Assembly: GCA_965207095.1 (NCBI GenBank)
Contig: CBDBMC010000001.1
Location: 4,230 to 68,229 of the forward strand
Reading direction: 5' to 3'
Origin: Candidatus Poribacteria bacterium
GTDB taxonomy: Bacteria; Poribacteria; WGA-4E; PCPOR2b
DNA length: 64,000 nt
Both the position numbers and the translations under genes were made by a program. Below the pieces are notes generated by a model that did no database searches, was not told the origin of the DNA, and was given only the letters and a program-made list of their open reading frames with translations. Of the stretch, positions 1 through 9,505 are shown in pieces. Each line of letters opens with the position of its first letter. Positions within the stretch are counted from its first letter, which is position 1.

Positions 1-444
1 GGGAAACCGCACCTACCGGATCTGGGGGAAATATAGAATTACCCGTTTTATTTCTTAAAACTCATCTGGAGCGAAGAAAAACTCACCGTTGTTCTACACA
101 TATCGTCCCGCTGGGGCTAAAATAAACTTATGAACCCAAACAATTCTTTATCCGTTACGCATCATCATAGCACGCATATATTGGCACGTCAACCGCTTTT
201 GAGGTAGTGGTTAGGGCTATTTAATCGTCGGCTGTTTAACCATTTCTTTGAAAAGTTGCAACTTGGGGTGAGGTGTCGGGATTGGGAAATCCCTCCTACA
301 TTATTGCTTGAATCACGGATAAACACGGAAGAGAACATACCCATGACAAATCGGATAACAACGCGCAATGAATTGCGCTACTACAAACTGCGGGGCAAGA
401 TGCCCCACCTACTGGGTGGCGAAAGTATCTAACAGTTTTTCGGC

Positions 445-474
445 TTGACGGGAGAAACTCACATACACTATACT
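445..474 (+). promoter_or_regulatory. Candidate sigma70-type promoter for mazG (TTGACG - 18 nt - TATACT)
   Basis: TTGACG at 445-450 and TATACT at 469-474, about 24 nt upstream of the mazG start. A GGAGG-like RBS lies at about 484. Confidence 0.35.
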
Positions 475-497
475 TATCGGCTCGGAGGCTACTAGTT

Positions 498-1283
498 ATG
501 CACAAAGAACTATTCGATCAACTTGTTCAAGTGGTCGCCACACTGCGCGGCGAGAACGGGTGCCCATGGGACAAAGCGCAGACCCATGAAACCCTGAAGG
601 CAGATCTCATCGAAGAAACCTACGAAGTGATTGAAGCAATCGACGCGAAATCATCGGATAAGCTACAGGAAGAACTTGGCGATCTCCTTATGAATGTTAT
701 GCTCCATGCACAGATTGCAAAAGATCAGAGCGATTTCAGCATCAACGACGTGGTGCGTTCCATAACAGATAAACTCATCCGGCGGCATCCGCACGTCTTT
801 GGAGATGTCGATGCCAACGATACTGAGACAGTGCTTCAGAATTGGGAAGCGATCAAGCGGAGTGAGGCGGGTTATGAGGACCGAAAATCGGTTCTTGATG
901 GGGTGCCCGACTCCTTACCGAGTCTGCTGCGGGCACAGAAGATTCAGAACAGAGCGGCTCGCGTCGGGTTCGATTGGGACAGCGTCGCCGACGTCGTACC
1001 GAAGTTAGAAGAAGAGATCGAAGAGGTCAAGGCGAGCATAGAGGCAGGGAATACGGCAGAGATCGAGATGGAGATTGGCGATCTCCTGTTTTCAGTGGTG
1101 AACCTATGCCGTTTTTTAGACCTACAGGCAGAGGAAGCGTTACGCCAAGCGGTCCGCAAGTTTACCGAACGCTTCCAGAAAATGGAGGAGACACTGGAGG
1201 GACGCGGTAAAACTTTTAACGACTACGATCTGGCAGGATTAGATCTAATCTGGGAAGAGGCAAAAAAGAAGGAGAAATCATAA
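498..1283 (+). CDS. mazG: Nucleoside triphosphate pyrophosphohydrolase MazG (two MazG repeats)
   Basis: 261-aa ORF. LRGENGCPWDKAQTHETLKADLIEETYEVIEAID plus EELGDLL and a second EIGDLLFSVVNLCRF motif form the classical MazG signature. Confidence 0.9.
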   Translation: MHKELFDQLVQVVATLRGENGCPWDKAQTHETLKADLIEETYEVIEAIDAKSSDKLQEELGDLLMNVMLHAQIAKDQSDFSINDVVRSITDKLIRRHPHVFGDVDANDTETVLQNWEAIKRSEAGYEDRKSVLDGVPDSLPSLLRAQKIQNRAARVGFDWDSVADVVPKLEEEIEEVKASIEAGNTAEIEMEIGDLLFSVVNLCRFLDLQAEEALRQAVRKFTERFQKMEETLEGRGKTFNDYDLAGLDLIWEEAKKKEKS

Positions 1284-1284
1284 T

Positions 1285-1992
1285 ATGGCACGTAAACGGG
1301 TTTTAATTACCGGCGCAGCGGGATTCATCGGCAGCTATATTCGTCAAAATTACGGCGATCGCTATGTCATGCGACTCGCAGACATCGCAGACATTGAAAA
1401 TCCAAATGGGCATGAGGTCATGAAGGCAGACATCGCCGACCTCGACCAGATGCAGCGCGCCTGTGAGGGGATGGATACCGTCGTCCACCTCGCCGCAGAT
1501 CGCAGTCCAGCCGCGGACTTCTACGAAACCCTGTTGTCGCTGAATATCATCGGCACATATAACGTCTTCCAAGCGGCAAAGGATCAGGGCTGTGAGCGCG
1601 TCGTCTTTGCCAGCAGCATTAACGCAATGTTAGCTTATCCGCCGGACCTTTCCGTCACTTGGGATATGCCGGTGAACCCACCAAACGTCTACGGTGTGAC
1701 CAAATGCTTCGGCGAAGCGTTGGGGCAGTGTTTCGCACACGACGGGCTGTCCTCAATCGCGATCCGAATTGGCGGGATTAAGCGAGAGGGGGAACCGGCT
1801 CGAAATCAAGGCGACATGGGCCAGGGCTGGATCAGCCAACGCGATCTGGCACAGCTGATCGGTTGCTGCATTGATGTTGAAGGGGTTGACTTCGCAATCG
1901 TGCATGGGCAGAGCCGTCATAAAACCCCACGCCTCGACATCTCACACACCTGTGAAATCCTCGGCTACAACCCACAAGACGGCACGATATAA
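1285..1992 (+). CDS. NAD(P)-dependent epimerase/dehydratase-family short-chain oxidoreductase
   Basis: Rossmann motif VLITGAAGFIGSYI and catalytic YGVTK (YxxxK). The start lies 1 nt after the mazG stop, suggesting co-transcription. Confidence 0.8.
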   Translation: MARKRVLITGAAGFIGSYIRQNYGDRYVMRLADIADIENPNGHEVMKADIADLDQMQRACEGMDTVVHLAADRSPAADFYETLLSLNIIGTYNVFQAAKDQGCERVVFASSINAMLAYPPDLSVTWDMPVNPPNVYGVTKCFGEALGQCFAHDGLSSIAIRIGGIKREGEPARNQGDMGQGWISQRDLAQLIGCCIDVEGVDFAIVHGQSRHKTPRLDISHTCEILGYNPQDGTI

Positions 1993-1998
1993 GATGGG

Positions 1999-2022
1999 TA
2001 ATACGTAATGCGTAATACGTAA
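1999..2022 (+). repeat. Tandem heptamer (GTAATRC)x3-GTAAG giving TAA in all three + frames
   Basis: TAA at 1999, 2006, 2013 and 2020 (period 7), directly after the SDR stop codon at 1990-1992. The reverse strand carries no stops. Confidence 0.6.
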
Positions 2023-2074
2023 GGAAGCGAACCCCCAACACAATACACGATCAAGGGTTAGTGCGCTCGTCAGT

Positions 2075-3265
2075 CTAGTCTGCATACTCGGCAGTCGGCT
2101 TTTTGTGCAGACGGATGCTGCCACCAACGGTACGCAGTTTAAGCTGCGGTCCCCCACCGTTAATTGTACCCTGCAACGTGTTTCCGCGCACCTTGCCCTG
2201 CACAACCATTGTAACGGGCACATCGCTAGACACACGACCGCCGGTGGTCTTAGCATCCACATCCATGGCGATGTCCTCAACAACATAAGCGGTCACGTTT
2301 CCACCTGTGGTCTCCAGCGAGCAAGCCCCTTCAGGCTGCCGAGAAATATACGCTTTGATAGAACCACCGGTGGTCTTTGCGTTGATGGTGCCCATCACTT
2401 CTTCAACCGTAATGCCACCTCCGGATGTTTTGGCGTTGACGCTCCCTGCCCTATCAATGCGAATGGATCCGCCGGAGATTATGGCTTCGACCGCACCGTC
2501 TACGCTCCCGATCGTAATCCCGCCGCCGGAGGTCTTTGCGTTGATGCTGCCCATCACTTCTTCAGCTGTAATGCCGCCGCCGGAGGTTGTAGCATTGACA
2601 CGACCCGTCACCCCATCAATGCGAATCGATCCGCCGGAGGTTGTGGACTCCACTGCTCCCTCCACACTTCGAATCGTAATTCCGCCGCCGGAGGTCTTGA
2701 CATCGGCATCGCCATGCGTTCCCTCTAATTTAATGCTGCCGCCCGAAGTTCGCCCCCAAATGGGTCCCTTAATATTTCCGAAGCGGAGACTCCCGCCCGA
2801 TGTTTGACTGCGAAGCTCACCTTCCAGATCCTCAACGAAAACGCCGCCGCCTGAAGTTTTCAGATCAACGTTATACCGTTGCGGCACGGTAATCAAGAAT
2901 TTAACTTTCAATCGATTTCTTTCTCGACTCCATCGCCGAAGATTCAACTGATCATACTTCGCCCTGATGGTCACCCCAGCGTCACTATGGTCAAAGGTAA
3001 TTGGGAAATCCTCAAGGACCTCTTCAACGCTCCATTTGCCGTCTTTTTTGACTTTTCTTTCAATCTTTACACTAACATGATCGTGGTCCGCCGTTCGGAC
3101 CTCAATTGAGCCTCTGTCCGCATCGATCGTCAAACGTCCATCGGAAGCGGCCTGAAACGATCTCTCGATGTGATTCTCAACATCAGCGTCAGCAATAACC
3201 GTTGCGACCAATAGCAGGGATTGCAGAATCAACACGATTTGAAACTTACCAAATCCTATCCGCAT
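2075..3265 (-). CDS. Secreted DUF4097-type beta-helical repeat protein (putative adhesin fold)
   Basis: 396 aa with an N-terminal signal peptide (MRIGFGKFQIVLILQSLLLVATVIA). More than 10 repeats of KTSGG(S/G)I(T/R/K) with a period of about 17-20 aa, typical of DUF4097. Confidence 0.75.
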   Translation of the reverse strand: MRIGFGKFQIVLILQSLLLVATVIADADVENHIERSFQAASDGRLTIDADRGSIEVRTADHDHVSVKIERKVKKDGKWSVEEVLEDFPITFDHSDAGVTIRAKYDQLNLRRWSRERNRLKVKFLITVPQRYNVDLKTSGGGVFVEDLEGELRSQTSGGSLRFGNIKGPIWGRTSGGSIKLEGTHGDADVKTSGGGITIRSVEGAVESTTSGGSIRIDGVTGRVNATTSGGGITAEEVMGSINAKTSGGGITIGSVDGAVEAIISGGSIRIDRAGSVNAKTSGGGITVEEVMGTINAKTTGGSIKAYISRQPEGACSLETTGGNVTAYVVEDIAMDVDAKTTGGRVSSDVPVTMVVQGKVRGNTLQGTINGGGPQLKLRTVGGSIRLHKKPTAEYAD

Positions 3266-3286
3266 GATAACCTCCTTAAATTATCG

Positions 3287-3381
3287 GGACTTACGCAACT
3301 TTAGCACACGAGGGGTAGATTTATGATTTTTAACCCCCTAAATCCCCCTTATGGGGACTTATGAACGCGCTGCATAAGTCC
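3287..3381. mobile_element. MITE-like element, family D (TIR GGACTTACGCA / TGCATAAGTCC; core CCCCCTAAATCCCCCTTAT..GGGGAC)
   Basis: 11-bp inverted termini at 3287-3297 and 3371-3381. A longer copy lies at 55524-55708. Core-only copies lie at 57873-57900, about 60290, 61395-61414 plus 61661-61672 (split) and about 63252-63280. Confidence 0.6.
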
Positions 3382-3531
3382 TAATTATCTTCAATCCATT
3401 GAACCTATACACCTAAAGTCGTTAAGGCATAGAGCCAGTGGTGTAGGTTCGGTTGAACGGGAAGCGCGAAACTCAACGCTTGACTATGCACAAATCGTTT
3501 CCTCGTTATCCCGTCTTCCGGTTTTCATGCT

Positions 3532-4647
3532 TCAAGGTTCTTGCCGTTTCAAACGGATCGACCCATTCCTTGTCCGCAGCTTGATAACTGCATCACTACC
3601 TTCGCCAATTTCGCCTTTGAGCTGATTCTTGAACTTTCCGACAACAGGTACAGGAAAATCGGAATGCACGCGTCCGCGTCTGGCTTCGGCGTCGATAAGT
3701 CCCGCGAAATCTGCGGGAAGCGTTAAAGTGGTGGTGCCGTTGGTGGTCGACGCAGCCACAGATCCATAGCAACGGTGTACTTCCACACCTATCGTGCCGT
3801 TGGTCGTCGAAAACTCCGCATCCTCCGTGAGGGTATTGACTTCGGCTTTAATCGTCCCGTTGACTGCACACGCACGAATCGGTCCCGTATCACCCTCCAA
3901 TGCTATTCGCCCATTAACAGTAGTCGCATCAATCGATCCACGGGTCCCATTCACTTCAATCTTACTGTTGACGGTGCGGAGATTCACATCCACCTCCCGC
4001 GGCGTCTCAATTGCGTAGCGTACCGCGAGACTGACGCCCCAGGGAGGTGTCGGGTGCTCGGCAAAGATTCGAAGTTCATCGCCAATCTGCTCCGCATAAA
4101 TTTCGACTTTCTCAGCAAATTCCGCTGCAGCACCTCTTCTCCCGCGCACGTCCTTCCATGCACGGACACTCACCTCATCTCGGTCTGACCCTTCAAGCGT
4201 GATTTGCCCGTTGGCGGCTTGCGCATCAATTCTGGCGATGCCAGTACCATTAAACACGTCCAGTTGCTGCTTAACCTTCCGTTTTTCTCCACCTTCTTCG
4301 GCGGTGTCAGTGATATCGGAGCCGGAATCAGCAGCACCGGCGACCGCCCCATCAACAGATGACTTTACCTGATCGATCACGTCATCGACAACTTTCTTCA
4401 CATTTGGCAACTGCACCGAATTAATTGCATTGCTGACCTCAACTTCAATCTCTCGCCCAACCTCCTGAAAGGCTTCCGTCATTTCATGCAAGAAATCCTT
4501 CTCCTGTTTGGGTTGTTCATATTCAGTATCAGCTTTCTCATCTGGTGGCGCAGCTTCATCAAGGGCGCGTAACAGCATCTCTGCTTCCTCCGCAGTGATC
4601 TTCCCCTCGGCAAGCATTTTAAGTACTTCAAGTCTATCTTGTCTCAT
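3532..4647 (-). CDS. SHOCT-like N-terminal helix + DUF4097 beta-helical repeat protein
   Basis: 371 aa. The N-terminus RLEVLKMLAEGKITAEEAEMLLRALD matches the module shared with the two upstream genes. The C-terminal half has (T/A)(V/T)NG(R/T)I repeats of DUF4097 type. No signal peptide is evident. Confidence 0.7.
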   Translation of the reverse strand: MRQDRLEVLKMLAEGKITAEEAEMLLRALDEAAPPDEKADTEYEQPKQEKDFLHEMTEAFQEVGREIEVEVSNAINSVQLPNVKKVVDDVIDQVKSSVDGAVAGAADSGSDITDTAEEGGEKRKVKQQLDVFNGTGIARIDAQAANGQITLEGSDRDEVSVRAWKDVRGRRGAAAEFAEKVEIYAEQIGDELRIFAEHPTPPWGVSLAVRYAIETPREVDVNLRTVNSKIEVNGTRGSIDATTVNGRIALEGDTGPIRACAVNGTIKAEVNTLTEDAEFSTTNGTIGVEVHRCYGSVAASTTNGTTTLTLPADFAGLIDAEARRGRVHSDFPVPVVGKFKNQLKGEIGEGSDAVIKLRTRNGSIRLKRQEP

Positions 4648-4681
4648 TGTTATACCGCCCTTTCACTATCTGACCGCTGAT

Positions 4682-4986
4682 TATAGTGAATTCTAAAAAT
4701 CGCTCATGTTAAGATTTAATGCAAAGAAACCGAGTTTTCACCTCCCTCTAATCCCCCCGCATGCAGGGTGAGGGTCAGTTTCTCTGTGTGCTTTGCACTT
4801 TCTTTTTACATGAGCCCTAAAAACAGGTAGACGCTTTTTCCAGTGGCGATTGTAGGATTAACCTTCTCAGCCGGTATAATCGGGGCAAGTCCCGGCTTCG
4901 CCGAGGATCCTCCCCGATACATCGGGGCAGGCTGAATCGGGAGATGCCCCTCCTACAGTGTCCAAACAGTTATGAAATCTACTATA
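4682..4986. mobile_element. MITE family 1b (TATAGTGAATTCTAAAAA ... GAAATCTACTATA), carrying a nested family-G MITE
   Basis: Same element as 22425-22584, whose sequence ...GAATTCTAAAAACAGGTAGAC... is uninterrupted. Here that site is split by the 4701-4816 insertion. Confidence 0.65.
4701..4816. mobile_element. MITE family G copy 1 (TIR GCTCATGT..TGCAA), nested, flanked by CTAAAAA duplication
   Basis: CTAAAAA at 4693-4699 and 4817-4823. The termini are CGCTCATGTTAAGATTTAATGCAAAG / CTTTGCAC..ACATGAGCC. A second copy in inverted orientation lies at 41535-41646. Confidence 0.7.
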
Positions 4987-4992
4987 AATTGA

Positions 4993-6372
4993 TTACTCAA
5001 TGGACTTATCAACTTCGTTGGCATCTTCCGCAACCACAGCCTTGCGCCGACGGAGGTCAATCCGTCCGTGATGGTTGTCAATGTGCAGGTTCGCCCCATC
5101 TGTGTTAGGGGTTGCCGTAAACTGTTGATCCCGTTTCTTCTTGGTCAGATCTCCCTCAAATTCTGAAAAGATACGTCCATGGCGGGTTGACACTTGAATC
5201 GACGCAAAGGCATCTGCGGGTGCGATGAGATCTACCTTTGCATGATGCCCCTTGATGACGCAATCCCCGCTTAAAGGTGCCACCACATCAAGATAGGGGT
5301 TTGCGTGATGCGCGTCGATGTGGAATGTATCCCGTACTCCCCGGAGCTCAATTTGCCCGTGGCCCTTATGGATCTCAATGGTTCCACCAACCGAGTGTAA
5401 GACGGCATTTCCATGACGATGGGCCAGTGTAAGATCGCCTCCGACCTCATCGAGTTCAAGGGTTCCGTGCCGACAGTCACCTTCAAAGCGACCACCGACT
5501 TTACCAAACTGGGCATTGCCGTGACCACCGTTAAAGCACACATTCCCTTGAATCGAATTCGCTTCGACGTTTCCATGCTGCGCGTCCAAGCTCAGATCAC
5601 TCTCAATTGCACCGAGCGAGACATCCCCGTGTCGGTTGCTGATCGTAGTTGCCCCTCGCAAGCCATCTACAGACACATTACCGTGCCGATTACCAAGTTC
5701 CAAATTCGTCTGCTGCGGGACGATTAACCAATAATCAACCCGTGCACGCGGACCACCGTTCCGCCACAATCCCCATTCGTCAGGATAGTTTGTCGTAATC
5801 GAAGCCCGCGTTGTCCGGTCTGAGACATCCTTTTCAGGCTCAATGCGGATTTCAATCCCTGAAGCGATCTCTTTAGCGGTTTCCTCATCCTCTGCCTGCA
5901 CAGTGATCTGATAGTCGATTTGGAGACTGTTTTTCGCCCATGACTTCACCTCAATATCGCCGTGCCGGTTATTGATTCCCAAATCAAATTTTTCACCTGT
6001 TTCAAACTCTATCTGGGCTCTTGGTTCTTCGTGACTGGCTCTGTGGCTCCCGCCGCGATACCGACGCGCTTCACGTTTTATGTCTCTCCCCGAATTTCTC
6101 AATACCCGCCGAGATTTACGCGAAAATCTACCTTGATCTTCTACCAATTCGGCACTAGCCTTTAATGAGTCAACAACCCCCTCTTGCTTGCCTGCGACCA
6201 ATGCCTGTAGATCAGCAAGGCTCTCTTGTTCGTCTTTGGACGGTGATTGTTCTACGGAATCCTGCTTCGACTCATCAAGCACGTCAAGAGTTTGTAAGAG
6301 TGATTCCCCTTCCTCTATGGTGATTTTGCCCTCGGCCACCATCTTGAGTATGACCATTCTTTCCTCGTTCAT
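4993..6372 (-). CDS. SHOCT-like N-terminal helix + DUF4097-like repeat protein (His/Gly-rich NRHGxV repeats)
   Basis: 459 aa. The N-terminus is MVILKMVAEGKITIEEGESLLQTLD. There are more than 10 repeats of the type NRHGDV / HRHGNA / GHGNAQ / HHAKVD with beta-strand spacing. The start lies 2 nt after the DUF2089 gene stop. Confidence 0.65.
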   Translation of the reverse strand: MNEERMVILKMVAEGKITIEEGESLLQTLDVLDESKQDSVEQSPSKDEQESLADLQALVAGKQEGVVDSLKASAELVEDQGRFSRKSRRVLRNSGRDIKREARRYRGGSHRASHEEPRAQIEFETGEKFDLGINNRHGDIEVKSWAKNSLQIDYQITVQAEDEETAKEIASGIEIRIEPEKDVSDRTTRASITTNYPDEWGLWRNGGPRARVDYWLIVPQQTNLELGNRHGNVSVDGLRGATTISNRHGDVSLGAIESDLSLDAQHGNVEANSIQGNVCFNGGHGNAQFGKVGGRFEGDCRHGTLELDEVGGDLTLAHRHGNAVLHSVGGTIEIHKGHGQIELRGVRDTFHIDAHHANPYLDVVAPLSGDCVIKGHHAKVDLIAPADAFASIQVSTRHGRIFSEFEGDLTKKKRDQQFTATPNTDGANLHIDNHHGRIDLRRRKAVVAEDANEVDKSIE

Positions 6373-6374
6373 CG

Positions 6375-6764
6375 TTATTTCTCCCTTAATTGATTGATCA
6401 AGTTCGTCGCCTCCGATGCGGAGATTTCTCCTTCATTGAGTCGCTTGAGGATGGTGCGGCGTTCCTCCGCCATATCATCCGAAGCAGCTGGTTCTGCTTC
6501 AACCTCATAGCCAAGCTCCTTGATAACAGCGTTCAACCGGCTACGAACGGTCGGGTAAGAGATCTCTAGCTCGCGTTCCATTTCTCTGATATTGCCTCGA
6601 TTCTTGACAAAGACCTCAATGAAATCAAGGCTCTCCTGCGGCAACCGACAGAAGCGGCAGGTCGAATATTCGCTCTCAATCCGCGTGTGACAAGAACGGC
6701 AGTGTAAGCCTGTTATCGTCAGTTCACCACCACATGTTGGACACCCCTCTAGTACCTTTCGCAA
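6375..6764 (-). CDS. DUF2089-family protein (double zinc ribbon + HTH) with C-terminal SHOCT-like helix
   Basis: CPTCGG..CRSCH..CRFCRL zinc-ribbon cysteines, then an HTH-like NIREMERELEISYPTVRSRLNAVIKEL segment, then ILKRLNEGEISASEATNLINQL. TTG start with an AAGGAG RBS 10 nt upstream. Confidence 0.75.
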   Translation of the reverse strand: MRKVLEGCPTCGGELTITGLHCRSCHTRIESEYSTCRFCRLPQESLDFIEVFVKNRGNIREMERELEISYPTVRSRLNAVIKELGYEVEAEPAASDDMAEERRTILKRLNEGEISASEATNLINQLREK

Positions 6765-6787
6765 AATTAGCTTACTCCTTCACAGTT

Positions 6788-7013
6788 TATAGTGAATTCT
6801 AAAAATAAAGAGACACTTTCGTTCCCCGGTAGGTGCGGTTGGAAACCGCACCGCATACACACCGTTGGTTGGGTTGAAACGGCTTGTCCCGATTCTCCCC
6901 GATTGCATCGGGACAGGCGGGATCCCGGTAATTAGTTTACCCCGATTTATCGGGGGGATTGGAAACAGCGCCTACCAATTTGGAGTGTTTCATTAATTCT
7001 AAGATCTACTATA
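6788..7013. mobile_element. MITE family 1 (TATAGTGAATTCTAAAAATAAAGAGACAC ... GTGTTTCATTAATTCTAAGATCTACTATA)
   Basis: About 29-bp imperfect inverted termini. The interior contains the family-A hairpin (6826-6852) and CCCGAT..ATCGGG palindromes. It sits 7 nt upstream of the RBS of the DUF2089 operon. Confidence 0.65.
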
Positions 7014-7034
7014 ATTTCCCACAACGACTATTAA

Positions 7035-7063
7035 AATATAACAGTTTAACATCAATATGTCAA
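7035..7063 (-). promoter_or_regulatory. Near-consensus sigma70 promoter (TTGACA - 17 nt - TATATT) in an AT-rich island, pointing at the DUF2089 operon
   Basis: On the minus strand, TTGACA is 7063-7058 and TATATT is 7040-7035. The island (7014-7211) is the only unique sequence between two family-1 MITE ends. Confidence 0.45.
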
Positions 7064-7575
7064 TATATTTTTGAAAAACATGACAAAAATAACCATTTTA
7101 TATTGATAAATAGAAAGCATTTGATAAAATATGTAATACTAAAAGGGAGGGTTTCCACAATTTCTGATACAGTTGCGCGTGGAAAATGGGGAAGTTCACC
7201 CGAGTCGTAATTATAGTGGATCTCAGAATTAATGAGACACGCCAAACCGGTGCGGTTGGAAACCGCACCTACCGGGGGCGTAGGAGTTTTAGGCACTTCA
7301 GTTCGTAGTCGCGCAATTCATTGCGAGTCCGAACGGGCGATAAATCGCTTATGAACCTACTACAAACCTGAAACCTTATTGTAGTGGCACAATGAATGGA
7401 GCGTATCGGGGCAGGTCCCGATTTATCGGGATCCTCGCTTTCGCGGGAGATGCCCCTCCCACATCTATCAAGGATAAATCACCGAACTACAAGGGGTTGA
7501 ACGTTCAACTGCGTAAGCCCAAAGGAGAGGAAAAACAGTTGGAGAGGAGAGAAAGGCGGGACGGTTGAAACCCGA

Positions 7576-9504
7576 TCAAATCCAGCTATACACTGCTGAA
7601 CGCAGCACAAGACTCATGATGGGCCAGAAACACCCGATCAACGCTTCACCGAGTACCAACCCAACAAAGAACGGCATCCCACGGCGATACGCCTTGATGC
7701 CCCCATGCTTGAGTAGCACCCATTTTGCAGCCATCCCGATCAGCAGAGGGAACCAGACAAGGTTCATTGTGCCGGGGGCAACGCCGACGACATAGCCGGC
7801 AGGGTGGAGCGGACACCAAACAAATCGGGCGCGTAGAAACATGATACCAAGGTTCATGAGAAAGCCTAATCCGAGAACTATCATCGCGAGCAAATCCGTA
7901 GGCTTGGGATTAATCAGCCAAGAGGAGAGGAAATTGTACGCCTCTGCGCCGCCTGAATGGATTTGTTCTGAACCGGCGGCAACACCTTCTTTGTAGATTG
8001 TGTAGGGATAAAGGATGAGGGCAGATTCAATTCCCACGAAGCTAGCGATGACCAATACGATGAGCATTGTTCGATTTCTGATGCCGGTACGCTCCGCCAG
8101 TTTGAAAGCCTCCATCTGATCGGGCATCGGGTGCGTCCGAAATGATGCGTAACTCGCCCCGCTCAACCAATTCAAGAGAGAGAGCATCGTCAGATTCCCC
8201 GCTCGGAGCCTGCGCGTGCCGAATATGGAGATTGTCATGTATTGGGGTGTAACATAGCCGACCGCCTGAATGGGGGGTCCCAACTCTGCTCGCATCCGCG
8301 TCAGTCCGACAATAATTATCAGATAGATGGAGATGAAAATAATACATCCCCAGACCGACATACCGCATTTTATGCAGAAAGCCATCAATACCAAGAGGCA
8401 GATCGCCAATATGATGACTGTTGCACGGTAAGAGAGCGCCTCCCCTTCTTCATCCTCGCGGTCCGGGTGAAACACGCGAGAGATAACCTGTGAGAAATGT
8501 CTTCTACCGCTCCAGCATGTGATAAGCAGCAGGGCAAAAAGTGCGCCGGTGCCCTGCTCACCAAAGAAGGGATAACCCGGCAGGTGCATGACACCCATCA
8601 TGCTCCCGTATAGTAGTTGCATCTTTCCGAATAGATAGAAAAACGCACAGGAAAAGGAGAGGTCCAAGGGAAGGATAAAACCGAGCCCAATCATATACGG
8701 GTGAAGCCGCAACGGCATACTCCCCAACGCATTCCACGGCTTTTGCGTAAAGTAGATATTGAGATCGTATTGCTTAACAGGAATTGAGGGCAATGCAGGG
8801 AAGAAATATTGCAGCCCGTTGAGCAGATTGATTCCGGCGGCAATCCCAAAACCGAGCCAGAGCAGACGGTTCTTGAAAATTGCCCCGTTGTCCGCCGTGA
8901 TTTCAAGCGGAATTTGGATTACGGGATACGCCAATTTTTCGTGTTCCACCCACTGCCGCCTGATGAGGGAGGTCAAGCAGAGAAAAATCAGCATCAACGA
9001 GAAGATAACGACCGACCACGATAGGATGGGCGTGATCCAATATCGATAGTAACCATCTCTGAAGAAATCGACCTCTCCCTCGAAGAAGTCGGTGACCGCT
9101 CTTAGATCTGAGACAACTAGCCACGGCGGCAGGTGACGGAATAGCAGCGCTTCCCAATCGTTTTCAGGGGTCGCGAAACGGAAGGCATAGGGGATGAGTC
9201 CCATCAAGCGGGGCATGCAGTCATGCCCGGCAAAGGCACTTCCCACCGCGAGCATCCCATAGATGACTAGCAGATCTTGCCGGCTGAGCGCCGCACGCGG
9301 AGCAATCTGACGGACAATGACGTTCAACCCCGTGATCAGCAGGAGCGCACCCATCACGTTGACCGACAGCGTAACGATCGTCAGATGCGCGGTATGCCAC
9401 AACATCTCGATGTAGGCAATCCAATAGCTGTTGGCGATAATCAACACCACACCAATCAGCACCGCACGTTTACTAATTGTGGTAGAAGATTCTTTTCTGA
9501 GCAT
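7576..9504 (-). CDS. Polytopic integral membrane protein, family not recognised
   Basis: 642 aa that is hydrophobic throughout (roughly 14 spans). The start lies 1 nt after the stop of the upstream protease gene, suggesting co-transcription. Confidence 0.7.
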   Translation of the reverse strand: MLRKESSTTISKRAVLIGVVLIIANSYWIAYIEMLWHTAHLTIVTLSVNVMGALLLITGLNVIVRQIAPRAALSRQDLLVIYGMLAVGSAFAGHDCMPRLMGLIPYAFRFATPENDWEALLFRHLPPWLVVSDLRAVTDFFEGEVDFFRDGYYRYWITPILSWSVVIFSLMLIFLCLTSLIRRQWVEHEKLAYPVIQIPLEITADNGAIFKNRLLWLGFGIAAGINLLNGLQYFFPALPSIPVKQYDLNIYFTQKPWNALGSMPLRLHPYMIGLGFILPLDLSFSCAFFYLFGKMQLLYGSMMGVMHLPGYPFFGEQGTGALFALLLITCWSGRRHFSQVISRVFHPDREDEEGEALSYRATVIILAICLLVLMAFCIKCGMSVWGCIIFISIYLIIIVGLTRMRAELGPPIQAVGYVTPQYMTISIFGTRRLRAGNLTMLSLLNWLSGASYASFRTHPMPDQMEAFKLAERTGIRNRTMLIVLVIASFVGIESALILYPYTIYKEGVAAGSEQIHSGGAEAYNFLSSWLINPKPTDLLAMIVLGLGFLMNLGIMFLRARFVWCPLHPAGYVVGVAPGTMNLVWFPLLIGMAAKWVLLKHGGIKAYRRGMPFFVGLVLGEALIGCFWPIMSLVLRSAVYSWI

Positions 9505-9505
9505 C

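Noticed and set aside
2105-2807. Plus-strand ORFs of 166-207 aa opposite the DUF4097 gene.
   Set aside because: These are shadow ORFs generated by the periodic Gly/Ser/Thr repeat codons of the minus-strand gene. They have no start context.
6959-7210. 83-aa ORF in the AT-rich island between two MITE ends.
   Set aside because: The sequence is low-complexity and AT-driven, has no RBS, and overlaps MITE termini. The island is better explained as the native promoter region (a TTGACA-17-TATATT promoter lies on the opposite strand).
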